From NCBI GenBank assembly GCA_015063605.1, contig SVTV01000011.1:1-64000 (forward strand): a stretch of DNA of 64,000 nt. Direction: 5' to 3'. The notes below the pieces were generated by a model that was not told the DNA's origin, ran no database searches, and saw only the letters and a program-made list of their open reading frames with translations. Shown here in pieces: positions 20,105-27,873 of the stretch. This stretch comes from Oscillospiraceae bacterium (lineage in GTDB: Bacteria; Bacillota; Clostridia; Oscillospirales; SIG627). The number at the start of each line of letters is the position of its first letter. Position 1 is the first letter of the stretch. A program made the translations under genes and the position numbers.

Positions 20105-20701
20105 ATGAAAATAGAAGAAGTATTGATATTGCCGTCAATAGTATTGCTTATCATAGCATTGGCGCTTTATTACAGAGCATCATACACGCGCATATTTATA
20201 AAAAGATTAACTATGCGCAAGAAAATTAAAAAGCTCTGTAAAAAGAAAGGGTATAAATTACATCCTGCCCGTACTTTATGGTGGTTGGGAAGAAACAGCG
20301 GTACACGACCCGATTTTTATATAGCAACTAAGGAATATATAGTATCTGTTAAGCTTTTTGCATCGAAAACACGGCACGGTATTTTGATATTTGAACAAAA
20401 CGGAAGTTTTTACTTAAGAAAGTATATCGGTATCAGAATGTTGGGTAATTCATTTATTACACCGTATAAATCTATGCCGGGGAAATTACATAAGATATTT
20501 TTTAATTACGGTTTTAAGGATGAATGGTATACAAAAACTCCTATTAAGATAATGCTTTTGAATCCTACCCCTATGGAAGTAAGGGTTACGGGGGAAAACG
20601 GAAAAGAAAATGTTGTATCATCTTCACAGCAGTTATTCGGTGCATATATTTACTCACTCACGGGATTTTTATCCCGATTGGAAGCTATTGATGAAATCTG
20701 A
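20105..20701 (+). CDS. N-terminally membrane-anchored protein, possible PD-(D/E)xK / NERD-like nuclease fold (weak)
   Basis: Single N-terminal TM (ILPSIVLLIIALALYY) then soluble domain with ...RPDFYIATKEYIVSVKLF... D/E/K arrangement; very AT-rich coding sequence. Confidence 0.3.
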   Translation: MKIEEVLILPSIVLLIIALALYYRASYTRIFIKRLTMRKKIKKLCKKKGYKLHPARTLWWLGRNSGTRPDFYIATKEYIVSVKLFASKTRHGILIFEQNGSFYLRKYIGIRMLGNSFITPYKSMPGKLHKIFFNYGFKDEWYTKTPIKIMLLNPTPMEVRVTGENGKENVVSSSQQLFGAYIYSLTGFLSRLEAIDEI

Positions 20702-20746
20702 AAGCAACTTTTCGGCATGTAATGACCGAAAGAAAAGTACATTGAT

Positions 20747-22195
20747 ATGGAAAATCTCCACTTTTTAAATTACAATGAGACAGGTGCAAACAGTTCGGAA
20801 ATAATAGAGGATTGCTTTGCCGACGGAATGTTCAATGAAAATTTTTATAAAATTCTTTTATCCTCTGCGGGAAAAAGAGAGATCCTTAAACGTCAAAGTG
20901 TTTTCAGAGAAGCGGAAAACGAAGAATGCCTTTTGAAGCTTAGAAATGTTTATGAAGGAAGCATCGGAGTAAAGACAGCGTTAAAATGGGTTGAGCGGGC
21001 AAAAGGGGATTTGGAAAAGCAATGTATGCATCTGAAATTTTTGGATAGCTTTCTCAAGTCCGCTCGGACGCTTGCCGAGTTTTCCCAAAGCTCATGCGAG
21101 CCACTAAGAGAGATAGGCACTTTCTGGGATAATGAACTTAAAAAATATCCGCAGCTTTCAGATGATGTGAAGCGTATATCGGAAGGAATGAAAGAGTTTT
21201 TGACGGTCAATTTGGTGGAAAATGATGAACTTTGGATAACTCCCGATTACGGCAGTGTGTTTTATGTGGATATATTGAAGGATTGTGCCGATGCTCTCGG
21301 AGTTGAATGTCAATTACCTTTCGGAAAAGGAAGCATCAGAAGCCCATATTCTGATTTCCTTTCTCTCTTCGGCGGAAAAAGCGAGGCTGTCAGAGAGACT
21401 TTGGATAAATACACTTTTCTTTTGAAGGACAGCTCCGCAGAGCTTTTGGTGTCTTACGGAAGTGAGATAGATTTTTACCTGACATTTATTGATTTTAAAG
21501 AAAACAAAGGAAGCGCTCTGCCACTTTGCTATCCCGAAATATCTCACGAAAAGAAATTTTATGCAAAGGATGCTGCAGATATATCCCTTGTAGTTCAGAA
21601 CATACCGAAAATTGTGACTAACGATATATATATCGATGAAAGCGAACCGTTTTTCTTCATAGTAGGTGCCAACGGCGGAGGAAAGACATCCTATATTCGT
21701 GCTGTGGGAATAAATCTTCTTTTGTTTTTGGCGGGTTGTCCCATATTCGCAAGAGAAGCGCAAATATATCCGTTTGATAATGTGTTTACGCATTTTCCGA
21801 GAAACGAAAAGGAAGAAACCAAGGGCAGACTCAACGAGGAAACAGTCCGCATACAAAACTTATATGACGGCATGGGAAGAAATTCCGTCATTCTTCTTAA
21901 CGAGACTTTCTCTTCCGTGAGCGAGGAAAACGGTACGGAGCTTTCGTTGGATGCGGCGGAGAAAATACGTAATTCCGGCTGTTTCGGACTTTTTGTAACC
22001 CACTACAGAGATGTATGCTTCTCGGAATATCCCTATTTATCGGCGGAAATACAGAAAGGGAATGATAATAACGGCAGAACATTCAAAATAGTCAGAGAAA
22101 ATCGTGATCCGGAAGCGTATATCAATGATATATTGAGAAGATATCGTCTTGATGAAGAATCCTTGAATGTGAGAATTGCGGCGGAGGTAGAGTAA
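20747..22195 (+). CDS. MutS-core ATPase paralog 1 (MutS domains III-V only; no mismatch-binding, connector or Smr domains)
   Basis: MutS domain V Walker A FFFIVGANGGGKTSYIRAVGINLLLFLAGCPIFA (cf. MutS ITGPNMGGKSTYMRQ...AQIGSFVPA); MutS Walker B/signature region LLNETFSSVSEENGTELSLDAAEKIRNSGCFGLFVTHY. Confidence 0.7.
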   Translation: MENLHFLNYNETGANSSEIIEDCFADGMFNENFYKILLSSAGKREILKRQSVFREAENEECLLKLRNVYEGSIGVKTALKWVERAKGDLEKQCMHLKFLDSFLKSARTLAEFSQSSCEPLREIGTFWDNELKKYPQLSDDVKRISEGMKEFLTVNLVENDELWITPDYGSVFYVDILKDCADALGVECQLPFGKGSIRSPYSDFLSLFGGKSEAVRETLDKYTFLLKDSSAELLVSYGSEIDFYLTFIDFKENKGSALPLCYPEISHEKKFYAKDAADISLVVQNIPKIVTNDIYIDESEPFFFIVGANGGGKTSYIRAVGINLLLFLAGCPIFAREAQIYPFDNVFTHFPRNEKEETKGRLNEETVRIQNLYDGMGRNSVILLNETFSSVSEENGTELSLDAAEKIRNSGCFGLFVTHYRDVCFSEYPYLSAEIQKGNDNNGRTFKIVRENRDPEAYINDILRRYRLDEESLNVRIAAEVE

Positions 22196-23646
22196 TGGAA
22201 TTGAGCTTGATGAATCTTGCGGGAAACGAAGCGCCGAAATCTTGTATGACATTGTGTGATGCAACGAAAAGCGATATTTTGTTTTACAGATTTTTTGAAG
22301 CGCTGTCATGTGTCAACGGCAGAAAAGTAAGCGAACGTGAAGTGTTTTCCGATGCTTTGCGTAAATTGATGACACATCCTCTTTGTACAAAAGAAGAGAT
22401 AGTATACAGACAGGATGTTATTTGCGACTTTATTTCCGACAGAGCACTTTGGGACGGGTTTTATTCCTGCTTTTACCATTTGAATGAATGCAGAGAAGAG
22501 CTCAATGTAAAACTGAAAGAAAATATGGGAGCTTACAGAAACGCTTCAAATGCTATATTCAATGCATGCGGATATCTCAGAAGTGTAAGCTTTATATTGA
22601 AAAGAATACTTCTTATCATGAAAAGGCTTAAAAACGTTCTGGATAGCGGAAATTACAGGAGTGAAGGCTTGAAGCGTTTGCACGAATACGTTATTCCTTT
22701 TGATGACGGGAATGAAAAGCTCAAAGAACTTATTTCTGTTTGCGGAAGATTTGAAATGTTTACTTCCGAAGAAGAACGTGACCTACGCTTGGAGTTTGAC
22801 GATCAGGGATGCATACAAAAATTCGGACTTATAAACGAAAAATACGTAAAATTTACCGATCCCCGTTTGAAAGAGAAGAAGAGCTTTTTCAGGAAAAACA
22901 GCATCGGTGAAGTGTATCCTTCTGTGCGGGTTTCTCTTAACGAAGAAAAAGGCTGTGATGTAAAAGCAGTATCGGATATTTCCGATATGATGCAGGATAT
23001 ATCAAGAAGCATATTTGAATCCGTGGGAACTGTTTGCGACGAGAGAGATGTTTTTAAAGCAGTGCTGTTTTTGTATGATCTTCTTTCGGGTAAAAATATT
23101 CCCCTTTGCTTCCCGGAAGTCAACGAAGGCGAGTGTATATTGTACGAAAATCTTTACGACCCTTTTTTATCTCTTGACGGCGGTATAGAAGTGAAGCCGA
23201 GAACTTTTGCTTTTTCACGCAAAAAGGGGCTTATAGTTTGCGGAGATAACGGAAGCGGAAAGACATTTTTGCTCCGTTCTCTCGGAATGGCTCAGGTCAT
23301 GGCACAAAGCGGATTGTTTGTTACGGCGGAAAATGCCTGTATTAACCTGACAGAATGTGTGAAGACCATCTTTGCCGGCAAAGAAAACGAGAGAGTTAAA
23401 ACGGCAAATAAAGGCAGATTCGAACAGGAAGTCAAGCTCCTTTCCGATGCCGCAAGTGAGGATTCTCCGAGATCGCTTTTGCTTATAAATGAGATATTCC
23501 AATCTACGGATTATAAATTGGCTTCGAAAGCGATGGTTCCTATTTTGGGATTTTTGGCAAAAAAGGGGAACTGCTGTGCTATGGCTACACACCTTGATGA
23601 ACTGAAAATAAATTCCGCTTTTGATAATATAGAATTAAGGAGTTGA
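22195..23646 (+). CDS. MutS-core ATPase paralog 2 (domains III-V only)
   Basis: LIVCGDNGSGKTFLLRSLGMAQVMAQSGLFVTA Walker A; LLINEIFQSTDYKLASKAMVPILGFLAKKGNCCAMATHLDEL; lever-like region EEIVYRQDVICDFISD; TAATG start overlap with paralog 1. Confidence 0.7.
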   Translation: MELSLMNLAGNEAPKSCMTLCDATKSDILFYRFFEALSCVNGRKVSEREVFSDALRKLMTHPLCTKEEIVYRQDVICDFISDRALWDGFYSCFYHLNECREELNVKLKENMGAYRNASNAIFNACGYLRSVSFILKRILLIMKRLKNVLDSGNYRSEGLKRLHEYVIPFDDGNEKLKELISVCGRFEMFTSEEERDLRLEFDDQGCIQKFGLINEKYVKFTDPRLKEKKSFFRKNSIGEVYPSVRVSLNEEKGCDVKAVSDISDMMQDISRSIFESVGTVCDERDVFKAVLFLYDLLSGKNIPLCFPEVNEGECILYENLYDPFLSLDGGIEVKPRTFAFSRKKGLIVCGDNGSGKTFLLRSLGMAQVMAQSGLFVTAENACINLTECVKTIFAGKENERVKTANKGRFEQEVKLLSDAASEDSPRSLLLINEIFQSTDYKLASKAMVPILGFLAKKGNCCAMATHLDELKINSAFDNIELRS

Positions 23647-23652
23647 ATTATT

Positions 23653-24273
23653 ATGTCGAAAATACCAAATGATTTAAAACGTTTTTCTGTCAAGTGTGTA
23701 TTGAAAAGAGTAATTCCGTGCATTCTCGGAGAAATAGTATTGGGGATAATACTTTTTCTTTGGGGCGACAGAATATTTATGACGGATATTACTGAATTTA
23801 AGATAAGCTGTTATATCGTTGTTATGTGCATTCCTTTCGTGCTGACCGGTGTTCCGTTCAAACTTTTTGACCGAACCTTTTTCGGTAAGGTAAATAAAGT
23901 CAAGGTTGAAAGCGAACTGACTTCAACGGGAGTAAGTGCAGTCGAAATGAGAGGCTCGAAGGTTACCTTTTATGCAATACTTCAAATTACAGATGAGAAT
24001 GGAAATATATTCGACCGTAAGGTGAAGCTTGATAATTTGGATTCTGAGAGAAACAAAGATATTTTCGGAAAAAAATTAAGCGGAAATGGTGTAGACGTCA
24101 GCTTCAAAGCCGGGGACAGAGTGTTTCACTTGTTTGGAACAAACAATTTAGTTGTTTTACCCGAAGCGTCGGATACTACTGTTAAATGTGCGGTTTGCGG
24201 TCGTATCAATCCCGTGGAAAATAACGAATGCAGTAAATGCGGGCATACTTTGGTTAAAGAATTGCCGTTGTGA
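23653..24273 (+). CDS. Two-TM membrane protein with C-terminal CxxC-x12-CxxC zinc ribbon
   Basis: TM helices IPCILGEIVLGIILFLWG and YIVVMCIPFVLTGVPF; C-terminal KCAVCGRINPVENNECSKCGHTL; 7 bp downstream of MutS paralog 2. Confidence 0.55.
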   Translation: MSKIPNDLKRFSVKCVLKRVIPCILGEIVLGIILFLWGDRIFMTDITEFKISCYIVVMCIPFVLTGVPFKLFDRTFFGKVNKVKVESELTSTGVSAVEMRGSKVTFYAILQITDENGNIFDRKVKLDNLDSERNKDIFGKKLSGNGVDVSFKAGDRVFHLFGTNNLVVLPEASDTTVKCAVCGRINPVENNECSKCGHTLVKELPL

Positions 24274-24297
24274 CATATAAATCAATACTATCAATGT

Positions 24298-24420
24298 GAT
24301 TTTGTCGAAGGTTTCGATGAAAAAACGTCGAAGGTTTCGATAAAATTGTGTCAAAAACGTCGAAGGGTTCGACAAAATTGCGTCGAAAGCTTCGATAAAA
24401 TTGTGTCGAAGGTTTCGATA
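24298..24420. repeat. Array of five palindromic sites GTCGAAGGTTTCGA(T/C) (TCGAA-N3-TTCGA) with A-rich spacers, period about 23 bp
   Basis: Copies begin at about 24301, 24324, 24356, 24379, 24402; candidate operator array for a dimeric DNA-binding protein. Confidence 0.8.
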
Positions 24421-24489
24421 TTTCCCGGAATGCTTTGAATCGGTTAAATTTATTTACAACCCCGTTACAAAAAGTTTACAATTTTTCTG

Positions 24490-24518
24490 TTGACAAAAAC
24501 AAGTCCGTATGATACTAT
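24490..24518 (+). promoter_or_regulatory. Sigma70-like promoter TTGACA-17-TACTAT
   Basis: ttgacaaaaacaagtccgtatgatactat upstream of structured leader. Confidence 0.55.
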
Positions 24519-24567
24519 ATAGATGTAAGCTCAAATGCACTTTTGAGTTTTGGATCGGCATCATTTA

Positions 24568-24652
24568 CGAGATATTATCGCGCAAAGAGGTCAGGGTATA
24601 AGCAGAGAGAAAGTATCTCGTTTATGCAGTGTCTCTTTGCGCATTTTTGTAT
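24568..24652 (+). promoter_or_regulatory. Structured 5-prime leader with intrinsic-terminator-like hairpin immediately upstream of RBS (candidate riboswitch/attenuator)
   Basis: ATCGCGCAAAGAG (24577-24589) pairs with CTCTTTGCGCAT (24633-24644) followed by TTTTTGTATT; RBS GAAAGGGG lies downstream of the T-run; additional pairing CGAGATA / TATCTCG. Confidence 0.45.
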
Positions 24653-24669
24653 TATGAAAGGGGATTATT

Positions 24670-25401
24670 ATGAAAGATGACCTTAAACAGTTTTTAAAGA
24701 ATTTTTTGAAAAAGCTTCTTATATTCCTTGCCGTTGCAGGCGGCATAGTGCTTTTCTTTGTGATCTTTTATGCCATATTCCCAAGCGACGGAGGAAAAGG
24801 TGGCTGGGGATTTAAAAAGCCATCGGGGGGAGAAGCAATTTTAGCCAAGCCCGTTATATACCTCTATCCCGAAGAAACCACAGACGTAAAGGTTGAGCTT
24901 GATATAAGCGGAGAGCTTTACTGTACATATCCGAAGTATGAAGACGGTTGGGAAGTAACGGCGTACCCCGACGGTACTCTTGAAGATAAGAAGGACGGGA
25001 ATGAGTATTCATATCTCTTCTGGGATGCATACAGCGATATCGACTTCGATCTTTCCCGTGGATTTGTTGTAAAGGGAGAAGATACGGCGGAGTTTTTACG
25101 TGATACTTTAAGTAAAATGGGACTTTTGCCGAAGGAATACAATGAATTTATAGTATATTGGCTTCCCTTAATGGAGAAAAACGATTATAATTTTATTACG
25201 TTCCAGAAAGAAGCGTATACGGATAATGCAAAGCTTGATATAACGCCCGCACCCGACAGTATTCTTCGTGTTTACATGGTTTATACTGCCGTTGATGAAG
25301 ATGACGTTAAGAAATACGAGGGAATTGAAGCTCCCAAAATAAAAGGCTTTGAGCGTAAAGGCTTTACGGTAGTTGAATGGGGCGGTTCCGAAATTAAGTA
25401 A
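24670..25401 (+). CDS. N-terminally membrane-anchored extracytoplasmic protein, unknown function
   Basis: Single TM LLIFLAVAGGIVLFFVIFYAIF then Gly-rich linker and soluble domain. Confidence 0.5.
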   Translation: MKDDLKQFLKNFLKKLLIFLAVAGGIVLFFVIFYAIFPSDGGKGGWGFKKPSGGEAILAKPVIYLYPEETTDVKVELDISGELYCTYPKYEDGWEVTAYPDGTLEDKKDGNEYSYLFWDAYSDIDFDLSRGFVVKGEDTAEFLRDTLSKMGLLPKEYNEFIVYWLPLMEKNDYNFITFQKEAYTDNAKLDITPAPDSILRVYMVYTAVDEDDVKKYEGIEAPKIKGFERKGFTVVEWGGSEIK

Positions 25402-25424
25402 TACTGTTTGCAAGGAAGGATCAT

Positions 25425-26921
25425 ATGTATAAGGTGCGGTCATCGTCGGAAGCCGAAACGCTTTTTGAAAAAAGAAAAAACGATATATTGAATGCGGCGG
25501 ATGAAATAAGCTTTTCGGGGGACTCATATTATGTGTCTGCGGAGGGAAGCGACGACAATGACGGAATGTCGCCCTCGTCACCGTGGAAGACACTTTCCAA
25601 GGTGTCGGAATCAAAGCTTTCAAGGGGTGATGCGGTACGCTTTCGCCGCGGAGATGTGTTCCGCGGATATGTTCGTACTTGCCCCGGTGTCACATATTGT
25701 GCCTACGGAGAGGGCGAAAAGCCGAAGCTTTACGGCTGGGATAAAGATCTGTCGGGTAAGGGAATGTGGACTCTTTACGATAAGGAGAACATGATATGGA
25801 AGCTTAATGACGCTATCCTCGATTGCGGAACTCTCGTGTTCGATCACGGAGCATTGCACAGCAGAAAGCTCATACCGTCATATATAAACGGAAAGTATGT
25901 TTGCAGAGATGATGAAAGCAAGGATTTTCACATGGAAAATGAAATGACGGAGGACCTTGATATTTTCTGCCGTTACACGGAAAGAATGACGGAATCTCCG
26001 TCAAAGGGCGAAAGCTTTCCCGTTCCCGTCATAGATGAAAAAAGCTTCGGTGAGCTTTACCTGAGATGCGATAAAGGCGATCCTTCCGAGGTCTTTTCTT
26101 CCATAGAAGCATTGCCGAAGAGGAACATGATATATGTGGGCGGTAATGAAAACGTGACTGTTGATAATCTTTGTCTGAAGTATATCGGCGCTCATGCCAT
26201 AGGTGCGGGCGGTGTATCTGTTAAGGGGCTTACGGTAAGAAACTGCGAGATAGGCTGGATAGGAGGCTCCGTTCAGCATTATCTCGGAACAGACCCCAAT
26301 TATCCCCAAGGCGGCAGAGGTACTGTGACAAGGTACGGAAACGGCGTTGAGATATACGGCGGGTGCGACGGTTACACGGTGGAGAATTGTTATATATATC
26401 AATGCTATGATGCCGCAATAACTCATCAGGTGACTACCGACAAAACAAGATTTGAAATGAAGAATATACGCTATCGCGGTAATATTGTGGAGAATTGCGT
26501 TTATTCCGTTGAATATTTTCTCGAGAAGCTTAATGGCGAAAGGGATAGCTTTATCGGTGATTGCGTTATTGAGGAAAATATTCTTCGTCTTTGCGGTTAC
26601 GGTTGGGGACAGCAGCGCCACAACAAAGAGACCCCTGCCCATATAAAGGGCTGGGATTACGAGAATACCGCCGAAGGATCTGTTATCCGCAATAATATTT
26701 TTGACCGCTCCGCTTACCGTATGGTGCATATTACCGCAAAAAGCGCGGAAAGTCTTCCCGATATATATGATAACGTATATATTCAGACCGATGGCATGAG
26801 TCTCGGACGTTTCGGTTCTCATGATATCGGTGCTTGGGAGTTTGCTTTCGATCGTGACGGAATAAAACGCTTTTCAAAGCTTACGGGCGAAACGGAAGGA
26901 AATTTTATTATAAGGGTATAG
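25425..26921 (+). CDS. Right-handed parallel beta-helix repeat protein (pectate-lyase-fold; polysaccharide lyase/hydrolase-like)
   Basis: Repeats such as VRNCEIGWIGGS, GNGVEIYGGCDGYTVENCYIYQCYDAAITHQ, NCVYSVEYF typical of PbH1 beta-helix; no obvious signal peptide. Confidence 0.5.
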   Translation: MYKVRSSSEAETLFEKRKNDILNAADEISFSGDSYYVSAEGSDDNDGMSPSSPWKTLSKVSESKLSRGDAVRFRRGDVFRGYVRTCPGVTYCAYGEGEKPKLYGWDKDLSGKGMWTLYDKENMIWKLNDAILDCGTLVFDHGALHSRKLIPSYINGKYVCRDDESKDFHMENEMTEDLDIFCRYTERMTESPSKGESFPVPVIDEKSFGELYLRCDKGDPSEVFSSIEALPKRNMIYVGGNENVTVDNLCLKYIGAHAIGAGGVSVKGLTVRNCEIGWIGGSVQHYLGTDPNYPQGGRGTVTRYGNGVEIYGGCDGYTVENCYIYQCYDAAITHQVTTDKTRFEMKNIRYRGNIVENCVYSVEYFLEKLNGERDSFIGDCVIEENILRLCGYGWGQQRHNKETPAHIKGWDYENTAEGSVIRNNIFDRSAYRMVHITAKSAESLPDIYDNVYIQTDGMSLGRFGSHDIGAWEFAFDRDGIKRFSKLTGETEGNFIIRV

Positions 26922-26929
26922 GATCAATT

Positions 26930-27817
26930 ATGAAACACATAAAAAAAGCTTTTGGAATAATATCTCTTTTGTTGACCGCATTAATGGTATTTTTATCCTG
27001 CGCTCCTGCAGGTGCGCCCCTTTCGGGTACATCCGATATAGGGATAAGCTTAAACAATACGGCAACGGGAGAAAAACCGAGCCAAGCAGAGCCGATAGCT
27101 CCCGGAGAGGGCTGGCAGGTCACAGCCGAGACCTCTTTCAAGGTCAGTCTTATGAATAAAAGCGGAGAGGGAACAGGTATCGCAAGAGTAGCGGCTATAA
27201 CCTCTTCCGAGGGTGAGCATTCTATATATATTGATATTCTCGATGAAGATGGAAAGGTGCTTCACAGCTTAATGCAAAGGGGCAGAGGATTTGTGTTCGC
27301 TTTGGGAGAAGAACCCTCGGCGATCGCCGTTCTTACAACAAATGTTTTGAAGGATAAGAGACTTGCTTCTCAGATCATGTATTATTCTTTCGGAGATTCT
27401 GTGGTAAACAGAATAGCATCCGACGGAAGAATGGGTGTTTCCGATGAAAAAGCCGAGCCTGCGGGGATAGCTGTGCGGAGGATCAAAAACGGAAGCCGTC
27501 AAGGCGGCGGATGGGTATCTCTCGGAAATGCCAACGTTGCCGACAAGGCGGGAGTGGCGTTTTCTCAAAACAATTATGCTCATTATACTTCTCAGCTTCA
27601 GGAGCTGCTTTATAATGAAAGTAAAAACGGCAGTACGTATTTTTATACCTTACTTGATTCCTATACGGAAAAGGATACCGTTAAGGTATACACTCCCCAT
27701 GATAAGGTCATAGCTCTTGAACCCGGAAAGGATCATATTTCCGATCCTATGGAAAAGCACCTTTTTGATGATGAAATAGACGGAATTTACGAAAAATACC
27801 TTAACGGATGGTTCTGA
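26930..27817 (+). CDS. Lipoprotein, unknown function
   Basis: Signal peptide with lipobox LLTALMVFLSCAPAG. Confidence 0.5.
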   Translation: MKHIKKAFGIISLLLTALMVFLSCAPAGAPLSGTSDIGISLNNTATGEKPSQAEPIAPGEGWQVTAETSFKVSLMNKSGEGTGIARVAAITSSEGEHSIYIDILDEDGKVLHSLMQRGRGFVFALGEEPSAIAVLTTNVLKDKRLASQIMYYSFGDSVVNRIASDGRMGVSDEKAEPAGIAVRRIKNGSRQGGGWVSLGNANVADKAGVAFSQNNYAHYTSQLQELLYNESKNGSTYFYTLLDSYTEKDTVKVYTPHDKVIALEPGKDHISDPMEKHLFDDEIDGIYEKYLNGWF

Positions 27818-27873
27818 AAGGCGAATAAATGCGAAAGCGGCTCGGAAAAATCGAGCCGCTTTTTTTGGGTGCG

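Noticed and set aside
20747-23646. Calling the two MutS-like genes mutS / mutS2 (mismatch repair)
   Set aside because: Both lack the N-terminal mismatch-recognition and connector domains and the C-terminal Smr domain. They are about 480 aa, against more than 780 aa for MutS or MutS2, and they sit in an AT-rich island. I therefore left the gene symbol empty.
24298-24420. Possible CRISPR array
   Set aside because: The repeat core is only about 14 bp with about 9-bp A-rich near-identical spacers. There are no unique spacers and no cas genes, so this is a palindromic operator-like array and not CRISPR.
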